A stretch of DNA of 62,893 bases, the filler included, from Guillardia theta CCMP2712 (Eukaryota > Protista > Cryptophyta), in the NCBI RefSeq assembly GCF_000315625.1. It is 6 parts of 6 records of this genome, joined end to end, with 100 filler letters (N's around TTAATTAATTAA, not from the genome) between each part and the next. Parts side by side here need not be neighbours in the genome. Positions count along the whole stretch, not along the records: positions 28,684 to 33,557 come from NW_005434175.1; positions 33,658 to 45,196 come from NW_005434285.1; 4 more parts are not named here. One strand, given 5' to 3'. Numbering within the stretch: position 1 is the first letter of the stretch; every line of letters starts with the position of its first letter. A model generated the notes under the pieces. The model worked only from the letters and a program-made list of their open reading frames with translations. It ran no database searches and was not told the DNA's origin. Positions 29,271 through 40,836 of the stretch are shown here, one piece after another. Made by a program: the position numbers and the translations under genes.

Positions 29271-31000
29271 ATGGGAGGTCTCAACTCCAAGGACCAGTCT
29301 CTTCTGGCTAATGACAAGCGAGGAATACGGGGTTTGGTGGACGATGTTGAAACAGCGAACAAGCTCGCGCCATGCTTTCGAAAGGATGATTGTCAGCTCT
29401 ACTTCGCGTCCTTGAACACGAAATTCGGACTAAATGACGCTAACTACAAGGAACTAGCGAGAGTTGGTGTCAAGAGGGTCATGGTAGATGGATCTGACGC
29501 TGTGCCTGGCGGCAAGTAAGTTCTTGCTGTTCTTGCTGTGCCCCTTGTCTCATTGCTTGTCTAATGGCGCCCATGTTGACATTGATTCGACAGCTTTAAG
29601 CCCTTGACCTACAAACAATTCGTCAAGGTGTTCAGAAGGATGCAAGCTGAAGCTGACGTTGCTCTGCAAGCTCAGATGGCTCTGAGGTACCTCCTCATCG
29701 TCCTCGTTCTTCCTCGTCCTCGTTCTTCCTCGTCCTCGTTCCTCATAGTCATGCTATCTCGTTACAGGGGCTGGGTAGAACCCGATCGAGCGACTGCGCA
29801 GAGGATTTTGATGGAAGATGGGAGGATTGTTTCGTACGATGAAGCGCAGGAGAAAGGAGCGATCAAAGATCATGAAGCTCATGAAGCTCATCGAAGGTCG
29901 GAGCAGTCGGCCCAGGATCATGCTGCTGGGAGTCGCCACCTCGATCAAGAGACAGAGCAGGCCGCGCGGGCGAGCACGAGGCAAGAACGGCTGCGGATGA
30001 TGCAGAATGCAAACTCCAACTTCGAGGATGCCGTTGGAGAGTTTGATATGGAACAAACTCATGATGATGTTGAAAATGCTCAGTTTGAAGATACTCAGTT
30101 TGAAGATTGCCAAGGGCTGGACATGGAGGAGGAGGAGGAGGAGGAGGAGGAGGAGGAGGTTCCAGCAAGCAGGAGACAAAGAACAGGGGAAGAGGATAAC
30201 AAAGAGGACACCATTAATGGAGCTCGAGGAGATTTCAATCTCAACAAGGAGAATCAAGGGCCGTCATCCTTCGTCAGCCATCGTGGCAGTAATTGGAAAC
30301 AGGACGATGAAGGAGATGAAGGAGAAAGAGATCGAAGTTGTACATGCAGCGGAAACTCCGAGTGTAGGTGCAGGAATGCTGCCTTGGCTGCAGGTCGAGC
30401 ATCAGAAGATGCGGACGAAGATGCCGATCAACCCGATCAAAGTGAGGAAGGCTCTGCCGATGCCAACCCTGATGGTGATCGATGCGGAGTTTGTTTTGAT
30501 CGAATGGAACTGACTGTTGGTATTTGAAGCGGCNNNNNNNNNNNNNNNNNNNNNNNNNNNNNNNNNNNNNNNNNNNNNNNNNNNNNNNNNNNNNNNNNNN
30601 NNNNNNNNNNNNNNNNNNNNNNNNNNNNNNNNNCAGATCAGGATCAACCTTTGGCCTTGACGGAATCAAGGATGTGTAAGATACAGAAGAGCGAAGTATG
30701 AATGTATGATCGGCCTCCAGGAATGCTCTACAAGCAGCGTTCTCATGATTTGAAACTGTTGGATGACTTGTTCTTGACCAGATGACTTCTTCCGGAATTT
30801 CTCTCCCGTGTCTGCATGGTCCCTTCTGTGAGGGATGCTTATCCTTATGGTCAGCGAGGATAGCTGTAGAAACATCACTCTGATGCATCGCACAGGAGCA
30901 GGCACAACCGCACATGTCCTGCCTGTAGGAGGAAGACGGGGTACGATGATGGGGATTGCTGGGTCCATCTTGAGGAGCCCAACCTGGATGACATTGTGAG
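29271..31000 (+). CDS. Acidic protein with C-terminal RING finger(s)
   Basis: ATG 29271 and ORF 29604-30527 ending DRCGVCFDRM. After the gap come LPCLHGPFCEGCLSLW (~30803-30850) and RTCPACR (~30908-30928), matching RING spacing. Confidence 0.65.
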
Positions 31001-31399
31001 TTGTTTCAAAGTTTTGCCATCACACGTGATTGCATGTATCCATGCGTGACTGTCGAGTCGTTTCACCTTGTCGTTTGTGTTGTCTTGGGAAGAGATTCGT
31101 AAGTGTTTGCTCACTTGTTGTCAGGTGGAGGGATTGTATGCATTCATTCGAAAGATTTAGATTTTCAATAGAAAGAACAAGCGGAAGTTGAAGTATTTGA
31201 CACGGCTCCATATCAAACTTGCATCCAATGTCGTTACGATGTCCTGATGGCTGGACAGAGTTTCAAACTACTGAACGCAGGGAGAGGGGACTGTGTCCAA
31301 GAAATCAAGAAACTTCATGTTATGACCAAGATAGCCGTTGTGATGATTTTATTCGTGAATCATCTTGTAAACGGAGGAAGAGGGAAACGAGCCACCATC

Positions 31400-32281
31400 A
31401 CATCCTCTTTCTGCTTCTTTGCGTCCTCCGCTTGTTGACCCCTTCTTTGATCAGCTCCTGCACGCGACTTGCGAGAACGACGGGCCTGTGGATCCACCTC
31501 GACCTGCGAGTGAAGTTGAGCATAAGTTGGAGAAAGAGGAAGAGATTTGACCTTGATCTTCATGTCGATCTCGTCCGCTTTGTCCTTCCCGGACCTCTTC
31601 ACCTAACAAAGAGGGTCACAGGGAGGAGGAGGAAGGGAAGAGGGGGGAGAGGAGGGAGGACAAGCAGGAATGGCGCAGCGAGCAAGGGACTTGCCTTCCT
31701 GCTGCTCTTCTTCAGAGCCTGCACCTTTAGGGACAAGCGAGTCAACAGCGAGTTGGATGCTACAATGAGGTACCTTGTGTGACTTGGCAGCAGAAGGATT
31801 CTGCTTTGCCTCCTCCTCCTCGATCGCAACCCCGATATCATGCAAGCGCTTCGCGTCTTCGATGACTCGCTCCTTGGCGTCCTTGACCGCCTGCCTGGCG
31901 CGTCCCAGGTCGGAGTCCTCGTCCTCGTCGAGGATATCATCGCTTTGATCGCTGAGATACTGGACAAACTCTTGGCTATTTCCAGCGTCACCAGTCTGCT
32001 CCACGACCTGACGGGGACGGGCAACACGGAAAGCGCTGTCGTAAGTCCTGGGCTGCCTGGTGCCATGCGCCAACGCGAAATTGAGACCACTTCGAGCGTA
32101 CCCGCCGCGCTGCAGGAGCTGACTCTGTCCCCTGTGGGAGGAAGAGAGAAGCACGGCGCTAACAACGAGGAGCAATGCACTGACAACTCCAACCACCGGA
32201 GAGATCATTCGGGGCGACCTGCGCGATGCTGATTGAGGCTTGCCGCCGTCAAGAGTGCCGTACTCAGTCGACCTCATCATG
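31400..32281 (-). CDS. Hypothetical type II membrane protein
   Basis: MMRSTEYGTL..., one hydrophobic segment VVGVVSALLLVVSAVLL, then a charged region. 3' end uncertain. Confidence 0.6.
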
Positions 32282-32533
32282 CTAGTCCCAACCTGAGACC
32301 TGCTATGGCAACTTGTCACTTTGAGCTCGTTGGCACGTTACGGGTTGACTTCTTCCCTAGCATGACACGCACAGATTGATATCACGATCACAATGCAAAC
32401 TGCACTTCTTTCCGTTGATAAAAACCATTCATTTCATCCCTCTCCTAGTCTTGTACCGCTCGCTCCCCTCCCGCTTTCCTATCCTCACAATCCTATACCC
32501 ACACACTGGTTTTCCCCAAGGTCATGGCATCCC

Positions 32534-33018
32534 ATCCTGTCCTGTCCTGTCCTGTCCTGTCCTGTCCTGTCCTGTCCTGTCCTGTCCTGTCCTGTCCTGT
32601 CCTGTCCTGTCCTGTCCTGTCCTGTCCTGTCCTGTCCTGTCATGTCATGTCATGTCATGTCATGTCATGTCATGTCCTGTCTGTCATGTCGTCCTTCCCC
32701 ATCTCCCGCTACCCTATGATTCCCTCCCTCCTTCACTAGTCTGTTGATACATCAAGTGCATGGTGCCCCTTCGTTTGACGGTTACAAATACATAGCGATC
32801 ACCGTTACACAATCAGCATCGCCCCCGAACCAACAACGCTCAGGGCAGCAAATTAAAACCTATCGATTTTGATGCTGCCCCCGTAACCACTTGGTCGACG
32901 ACAGCGAGCAGAGGGCAGCGCCAAGGGCAGGGCAGGGCAGGACAGGACAGGACAGGACAGGACAGGACAGGACAGGACAGGACAGGACAGGACAGGACAG
33001 GACAGGACAGGACAGGAT
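32534..33018. repeat. Inverted pentanucleotide pair: (CCTGT)n 32536-32640 with (CATGT)n, and (ACAGG)n 32939-33018
   Basis: The two tracts are reverse complements and lie ~300 bp apart. Confidence 0.92.
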
Positions 33019-33101
33019 AACAGAGGAAGAGGAGAGTGGAAGAGGAGAGAAGACCAAGACCTGCCTCGTGATACATTCGCGGCACGAACTTTAGAGAGGG
33101 G

Positions 33102-33557
33102 ATGGTAGCGAATGGAAGTTGCTCGGTTCTTGCCTGCGGATCTTCAGCCCTCGTTGCTACTCTGGTGCTCCTGGCTTCCTTGGCTCTGTGTGAGGGCAAG
33201 GCTCACATAGTCGTTCCTTGCTACAACGAGGAGACCCGACTTCCACAGCAAGTTTTCCTGGACTTCGTCGACCAGGCAGCGAACAAGGACGTGCTGTTTA
33301 CTTTCGTCAACGATGGCAGCAGCGACGGAACTTTACGTGTTCTCCGAGAGCTCGCGGCAAAGCGACCGCAGAGAATGTCCGTCTTCAACCTGGAGGTCAA
33401 TGGTGGCAAGGCGGAAGCCGTTCGCAAGGGCATGCTTCACGTGCTGCTGTCGAGGAATTTGACGAGGGAGGACGTGGTTGCCTTCTGGGACGCGGACCTG
33501 GCGACGCCGCTCGAGACGATCCCTCGCTTCATGCGCAAGTTGGAGGAGAACGAGAAG
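33102..33557 (+). CDS. Glycosyltransferase family 2 (dolichyl-phosphate glucosyltransferase-like), 3' truncated by contig end
   Basis: IVVPCYNEETRL, FVNDGSSDGT, NGGKAEAVRKG and FWDADLATP. Confidence 0.92.
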
Positions 33558-35656
33558 NNNNNNNNNNNNNNNNNNNNNNNNNNNNNNNNNNNNNNNNNNN
33601 NTTAATTAATTAANNNNNNNNNNNNNNNNNNNNNNNNNNNNNNNNNNNNNNNNNNNNCCAGGCTAGCCTGTTTGTACCGAGGTATAATTGAGTTTTACCG
33701 GGTTCAAGGATTTTTGTATCAGGATCCCCTTTCCCCCTCCGTACTAAGTTTGTACTGTCAATGTCAGCAATTCCCGTGGGCTGGCAGTGCTCCCTCGACT
33801 ATCACCTCTACACCACCGGTATGTTTCACAAGAGATCATGTCAGGGTAGGTAGTCTGATTTCAGGAGTGGGCGAGAATCATAAAAGTCTTGGGCATTCTG
33901 GTAGTGGAATTGACGCTGAAAAGCAATCTCTTCGATTACCGTTAGGATTCGAACGCGTGGTCAAACAGCACCCACCTGAGCTAGAGTCTTGTACTCGAGT
34001 GGGGTGGCTGATGTGGGTTTGAATCGCCACGCCTTTGACCCCATTATTTCCATTCCAAACCTCGTTGTCGCGTAGGGTGGGTCACACTCTCGAGCGTTGC
34101 GAGTTTTACGGTTCGAATTTGACCAAGGTTCACCCTCTAACCCCCAGTCTCTCAATTTCAAATGGGAAAATGATGGGTAGGGGGTCCCCCCATTTGTCTC
34201 CACTCCAGCCCCCCCCTCCCTCGACGAACAAGAGATGGTGAGATTGTCCCATTGACGCGCGTGAGGACGATAATGAACAATGTGAGACTTCGAATCCTAC
34301 CATGCATGGATATGCAGGAAAAGAAGATACGGTTACCTGTCTATTTGTGATGACTTGGTCTCTTCTGTGAAATTCAAGAAGTAGAAAGGGATTTGAACTC
34401 AACATCTCATCCTCAACATAAAGCCAATGCAACATCTCTTTCATTACCACGCTGCCTCAAATTGCACTAAAACCACTTAGATCACTTAGCTTGGGCTGNN
34501 NNNNNNNNNNNNNNNNNNNNNNNNNNNNNNNNNNNNNNNNNNNNNNNNNNNNNNNNNNNNNNNNNNNNNNNNNNNNNNNNNNNNNNNNNNNNNNNNNNTG
34601 TCAAAGTTGAGCAAATAATTCAAATTCTTGCACAATGACGATTGATTGAAAATGTTCAAGTGTAATTTCAGAATGGACAGAAGATGGCATAGCAACAGCC
34701 GATCTCAGCATGTATTTCGAAACTGTGATTGTAAGCAAAAACATCATACGAAATAGTNNNNNNNNNNNNNNNNNNNNNNNNNNNNNNNNNNNNNNNNNNN
34801 NNNNNNNNNNNNNNNNNNNNNNNNNNNNNNNNNNNNNNNNNNNNNNNNNNNNNNNNNNNNNNNNNNNNNNNNNNNNNNNNNNNNNNNNNNNNNNNNNNNN
34901 NNNNNNNNNNNNNNNNNNNNNNNNNNNNNNNNNNNNNNNNNNNNNNNNNNNNNNNNNNNNNNNNNNNNNNNNNNNNNNNNNNNNNNNNNNNNNNNNNNNN
35001 NNNNNNNNNNNNNNNNNNNNNNNNNNNNNNNNNNNNNNNNNNNNNNNNNNNNGTGCAAATGCCATCTTATTCTCTCTGCAAATCCTTTCTCGCAATTGCT
35101 CCAACCATGCAAATTCAGGAAAATGTCTTGTACACTCCGAGATAGTATTGCATGTTTGACATCTAGGCTGTGATACCAGGGATCAAGCGATATATAGAGT
35201 AGGCAGAAGCTGTATCAGTCATGCAAACTTGAATCTGCATAACAACAGTTTCTGAAGATTGTTTATTTGCCAACAAATAAAAGATGCTTCACCATGATGG
35301 TGGTTACTGTGGTCCCTTGTATACAACAGCTTTGAAGCAGCACTGTCCTGGTAGTAGCAGTTCACAGAACATAAAGCACGCAAAGGACAGGAGAAACTTC
35401 GGGAGGATGTCACAGTAGACCATAACACTCTGAGATACACTTTTCAAAAGAAGGAGATGCAAACAAATAGAATGATGTGAGGATCCTAAATGAATCATCA
35501 CGGTTGGCAACAAGGTTTGCATTTTCACCAAAGATAATCGAAACTCTACTGATCACAACAGGAATGACGATGAGTATGTGTAAACAATCACATCTGCTAA
35601 GCGTTGCTATTGATTGCCAAGCAGAAACACACTTACAACAACCTGGAATAGATCAT

Positions 35657-36068
35657 CCTTGTGGTTCTTGCAGGATCATCTTCATGATAGCGGATTCCAC
35701 AACCAGGAGTTAAAAGAACCCTTAAGCCCAGGGTGCTATTTGTCCATTGAGCTTCAATCGAACTCTGAGGTCGAGATAGGAGGGAACTTTGAATCTCCAA
35801 GATCAGGGGTTCATGCAAAATGGAAGGTGGTACATCTTGAAAGTCAATGTTTTCAATGGAGGACATTTTATCTCCATTTCTTCTGGTCTCGATGCCTCAC
35901 AACGCAGCTGATCGTGAGCTTATGCGTATTGCAACCCCAGGAAAACATCATCGTTGGCGCGACATGCGTGCCCGACCCATTGCGTCTGATTACAAAATGT
36001 AAGGATCTGATTTGACATATCCGAAATATTTGGACATAATTTGAAATTTGAAGGGTATGTTTGTTTAT
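35657..36068 (-). pseudogene. Diverged partial copy of 40422-40848 (5' part and promoter of the unknown ORF)
   Basis: Near-identical peptide MSSIENIDFQDVPP...DDPARTTR. An extra 39 bp puts a stop after MSRQR, and ~50 bp upstream are missing. Confidence 0.85.
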
Positions 36069-36076
36069 TTGCCTGA

Positions 36077-36269
36077 ACTGTTCGTTTGTTTGTTTGTCTC
36101 TTCTGTATGTCTGTTTGTCTGTCTGTTCTGTGTATGTGTGTTTGTCTGTTGCTGTTCGTTTGTTTGTTTGTCTCTTCTGTATGTCTGTTTGTCTGTCTGT
36201 TCTGTGTATGTGTGTTTGTCTGTTGCTGTTCGTTTGTTTGTTTGTCTCTTCTGTATGTGTGTTTGTCTG
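36077..36269. repeat. 74-bp TG-rich minisatellite (~2.6 copies)
   Basis: ttcgtttgtttgtttgtctc starts at 36081, 36155 and 36229. Confidence 0.9.
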
Positions 36270-36788
36270 CGTGAGCAAAACACAGTTTTTTGTTTTGCTC
36301 ACTACCCCTGCAGAGTCAGTGAAACCCTACGACCATGCAGCAACACCCCCAAAAACACAAGTTGAACGTGGGGTGCGCTTATTATCATATGAAAAGGGGG
36401 TAGGTAGTGGGAACACAGCCCCTTTTCTGATCAAACCTCAAACACAAAACGTAGTACCTACCCATTCACTCCGGCCTACCCTACCAAATATCATGATAAA
36501 TCGGTATAAAGTGTAGGTAGGGGTAGTTTTCCACCGTGTTCAGGGGTGGGGGTTATATCCCTACTATATTACAACCTGTGCAATTGTTCTCTACCATGTG
36601 TGGAAATATTCCATGTCAAGGGCTCAACATTTGTTCTAAAATTTCATACTTGAACTGTAAAGTCGAGACCAAGCTGAAATGTTCAATCAAATTGCGGAAT
36701 CATTAGCAACAAATAGTAGTTTTCCCGGACAAAATCCACCCACTGATTGCCATTTTTCTCGCAACGTGTTCTCTCTACCGCAGTGCAA

Positions 36789-39470
36789 ATGTCGTGTGGA
36801 AGATTTCAATCCTTTTCATCCATGTTGTTACCGCCGCCCTTTGGATGGCTACGACATGCAGCGAATTGTTCAAGCTTATCCTGTTCGAAGTATGGACAGC
36901 TACACGATGGCATTCCTACAAGGCTTGAATCCAACACCTTATCGTCGTGCGATGAAGCTACCTGGAGGGGACTTGAACATTTTGCATTGCTGGAAGGCTT
37001 CATGGAGAAAACTTCTGATAAGCCTGATGTTGCTTCTTTCTTGTACTACGTTGCAAACGGATATCTTTTTTCGCCATCGTCTGTTGTTGGAAGTACTCTG
37101 CAAGGCTACTTCAATTGCGCGAGTCGGTTGGCACACTTGAGTGCAGAATATGAAAAACTCAAAAGTGAGCATCAGCGCATGAAAGATGCAATTCCCAACA
37201 TTGACAAGGTTCTAAATTTGACATTTGAGGACATTTGGAAAGCAAATTTCCCTCAGGAGATATGCCCGGCAAATCTGGAAGACATTTCCAATGATTCTGC
37301 AGACAAAAAGCTAAGAATTCTCAAGGACATTCTTGCTGAAATAACTCCCACCTCCAATTTGCTCTCTGGAGGTCTGCAACGCATGACAGGCTTGAATGGA
37401 AGTGGCAAAGCTTTCGGCCATCTCAGTGATCTACGTCAAAGTTCCGATTCACTGTTTCACCTGGAGTCGTTTATGAATGGTTTTGCACAATCTGCATCTT
37501 TTCATTTGAAAAAGCATGCCAAGACCAACAAGAGGATAAAGAAAGCGTTGCAAAAAATGTACAACTCTGTTTGTGCGAGAATAGACGAGCTTTCTCTTAT
37601 GACTTTGCAAAATGGACTGACTCACAAGGCGTTGGACGATCTTCACAAAATGATGAAGGAAAGTGGGCTTCAAGTTATGCACAGTCCTACGGAAATCAGC
37701 AGGACGAAGGCCAAGCAAAAAAGATTAGTAGAAGAAAAGGTTGATGGAATAGTCGAGCTTCCTGGGGGCCATGGAGCAAATCTTATCAAAGTGACGGAAT
37801 TGTTTTTCATGAAGCTTGTGCAGTCGACACCAGAATTGATGTCGGTCAAAGGATTGAAGTTGTCCACCTGCTTCGATAGCGTCCGACTAGGCTGTTCAGC
37901 TCAGTCAGGAACAGAGCATACAGACTTTGCAATGAATTTGATTGGAGTCTGGGATGATGCCGTGCAGTTTGCAGACTGTTTTTTCGATCAAGAAACAAGA
38001 TTAAATTCTCCTGCATCGTATGTCACATTTTTACTGATCTATTTGCAAGATTCAATTGAAAATATCAAGGCAAATCTTTGGGATGAATATGGACTTGACT
38101 TGAAGGCATTCTTAGGCGAACTGATCTGTGCGGATGGAAGGAAGATAGCTGCTGGGCTGCATTTTTACAGGGACGACAATGGAAATTTGACGTGCATCGA
38201 TGGTCGGAAACGGTCCATGAGTGACCCTGCTGCTCATCCTGAGCTCATCATTCCCCTCTCAATTGAATTTCGTGGCGACCTCAAGGGCTTGTGGCATCTT
38301 GTCGGCATGAAAGGTAATTGCTGATAGCATGGTTGCCTCAGTGTCCTTTCTAAACGTCATTTTCGCATAGGTGCCAAGGGAGATCAATGCTGCTTGTACT
38401 GCCATGTAAAATCAGCTGAGCGTCATCTCATCTTCGATATCGCGGAGGTTCCTGAGGACATCACTGTCGATGATTTCTGCAAGGAAAGAGCAATTCCAGC
38501 AGATGTGTTCTGGTTGGTTCACGAAGTGCTAACCAATGGAGGGCAATGCAGTATCGTACATCAATGCATGTTCGGTGGAAAATGTTTGAGCAAGGCAGAC
38601 GTGTCTAAGCTGAATGTGTCAAAAAGGAGCAAGACACTGAAACGTGGGCAGAAGGTGGTCGTACTGAAGCAGGATCACGGAATGGAAAGAGAACATGAGG
38701 TTTTGAAAGAACATGGACTTGATTGCAAAAGCCTTGTCATTTGTGTTCTCCATCTCAAATTGCGGATTGTATACTGTGTCCTCAAGTGTGTATACAAAAC
38801 AGCTCAACGAAAGCACCGAACTAAACAAGCTCAAAGCATTTTACACAAGTCTGGAATCAAGTATAAGTTGGAAGAAAACAATGGGAAGCTTCCTAACTTG
38901 ACAGGCAAACAGTGCGACGATTTGTTGAACCGAGCTATGGGACCCCTACTCGACCTCCTTTATGATGATGTTGATGAGCGAAATAGATACACTGAGATCT
39001 ACAAAGAGTTGTCATCCGTACTTTCGACATTGTCTTGTACGCATGTTTCCCATCTTACCGATGAAGACATTGGTACATTAGCGACGAGGATCAATTCATT
39101 CGTTATCAGATACGTCGTAGAATGCGGCGATAAGGAACTCTTCAGTGCTGTGTATTTTCACTTTTTATCTGCCGGACATGTCGCAGAATTATTCCACTAT
39201 CATCTTTCAGAACGAAACGTTACTTTGGGTGCTCTGAGCATGTCAAGTTTGGAACTAAGGCACAGAATTTGCGGACGACCTGCTTGGAGAAAAGGATTGA
39301 TGGAAGGCAATGCAGCAGCAGGTAGAAAACGATCTCATGAAAACATGACCGAGGATCATGTAGATACAGCGACTCTGCAGCAAATGTCTAGGAATATGAG
39401 CAATTTTTTTGCATTCAGAAATTTGCTAACGTCAGGATTAGGAACGATTGTAAATTTGTACTACTCTTAG
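36789..39470 (+). CDS. RAG1/Transib/Chapaev-like DDE transposase, ~874 aa, intron 38314-38370
   Basis: Ordered motifs KLSTCFD (D 37875), FRGDLK (D 38277), CLYC, ICVLHLKLRI, LTGKQC..LL, YFH..GH and LGALSMSSLE (E 39252). Removing a 57-nt GT..AG intron fuses ORFs 36747 and 38394 in frame (MKG|AKGDQCCLYCH). Confidence 0.85.
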
Positions 39471-39485
39471 TTCAGTGCCCATGAT

Positions 39486-40691
39486 TTATAACACTCTCTG
39501 TTGCCTCTTTTTCTTGTCTCGCCAATCAACCCATTGGATCTTGCCCATCATGCCACCAATGCTACCGACTGTTTCAAAACCCACGGACATATTCCCCCGT
39601 TTGTACGACAAATACATCGGTCCGCCCACAAACATTTGTGTCAGATTTTCTTGAAGCTTCGGTGTCGACTTGAAAGGGATATCTAACACTTCTCTGAAAG
39701 CTTTATCTTGAACGATGTTCTCTGCAAATATCCATGTGAATTGTGATTTGTTCCTCTTCGCCTTGACATGTTTGAAAAGACGAGGTGGAATTAAACGAAG
39801 CAAACTCCTCATTGAAATATTCTTGCAAGTAAAGTCAAGATCTTGTGTGCCTGCTTTCTTGAATGTACGACTCCTGGCTGTGAGCCATAGCTGCATGCTG
39901 TTCTTAATCTCTTCGATGTCTGAGACTGTCTTGAGGTAACCGGATGGTGTGAGCACTGAAGCTTCGATGCTGGAAGATACTATCTTCTTAATTGTTTGTT
40001 CAGGGTCTTGCAATTTGAAGTACGAAATCTCACAATAGGGCTTTCGACGATTGTAGTTGTCTTCATTGAAGAAAATGTACCCTACAACATCGATAATCCT
40101 TGATTGCGGTGCTTGAGACGACATAGAATCAAGAAGGAATGGATACTGAATAGTTAGCACATCCTGAATCAGGTCCAGGTCCACTTCTTCCGTGTACACT
40201 GATTGGAAGCATGTTCTCGCATTCAGGTCCAGGTCCACTTCTTCCGTGTACACTGATTGGAAGCATGTTCTCGCATTCATCGACCTCACAATCTGCCTCA
40301 TGGACTTGTTTTGTAAGCCATGCTTTGAAATATTTGCATCAACTTTGTCCAAAAGATTCTTGTCATACAACATGAAAATCTCCACCCTGCAATCGGAAAC
40401 CAAACGTTTGATTATACCGTACCTTGTGGTTCTTGCAGGATCATCTTCATGATAGCGGATTCCACAACCAGGAGTTAAAAGAACCCGTAAGCCCAGGGTG
40501 CTATTTGTCCATTGAGCTTCAATCGAACTCTGAGGTTGAGATAGGAGGGAACTTTGAATCTCCAAGATCAGGGGTTCATGCAAAATGGAAGGTGGTACAT
40601 CTTGAAAGTCAATGTTTTCAATGGAGGACATTTTATCTCCATTTCTTCTGGTCTCGATGCCTCTCAACGCAGCTGATCGTTGGCGCGACAT
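39486..40691 (-). CDS. Unknown ~400-aa protein convergent with the transposase (possible BAH-like region)
   Basis: Uninterrupted ORF from ATG 40691 (MSRQRS) to the stop at 39486, with an in-frame 54-bp duplication. Function unrecognised. Confidence 0.7.
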   Translation of the reverse strand: MSRQRSAALRGIETRRNGDKMSSIENIDFQDVPPSILHEPLILEIQSSLLSQPQSSIEAQWTNSTLGLRVLLTPGCGIRYHEDDPARTTRYGIIKRLVSDCRVEIFMLYDKNLLDKVDANISKHGLQNKSMRQIVRSMNARTCFQSVYTEEVDLDLNARTCFQSVYTEEVDLDLIQDVLTIQYPFLLDSMSSQAPQSRIIDVVGYIFFNEDNYNRRKPYCEISYFKLQDPEQTIKKIVSSSIEASVLTPSGYLKTVSDIEEIKNSMQLWLTARSRTFKKAGTQDLDFTCKNISMRSLLRLIPPRLFKHVKAKRNKSQFTWIFAENIVQDKAFREVLDIPFKSTPKLQENLTQMFVGGPMYLSYKRGNMSVGFETVGSIGGMMGKIQWVDWRDKKKRQQRVL

Positions 40692-40836
40692 GTGCCCGTC
40701 AACAGCGCCAAGGCCCGTCGCCGTGAATAATTTATGCGTGTTTTGCCAAACCCATTGCGTCTGATTACAAAATGTAAGGATCTGATTTGACATATCCAAA
40801 ATATTTGGGAGCACTTTGAAATTTGCCAGGGGGTGT

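Noticed and set aside
36281-36325. RSS/TIR-like cacagtt and gttttttgt upstream of the transposase
   Set aside because: Heptamer-nonamer order and 12/23 spacing do not fit, and no matching inverted copy was found downstream.
39486-40691. Calling the convergent ORF RAG2
   Set aside because: No kelch repeats or PHD Cys/His pattern; only the gene arrangement is similar.
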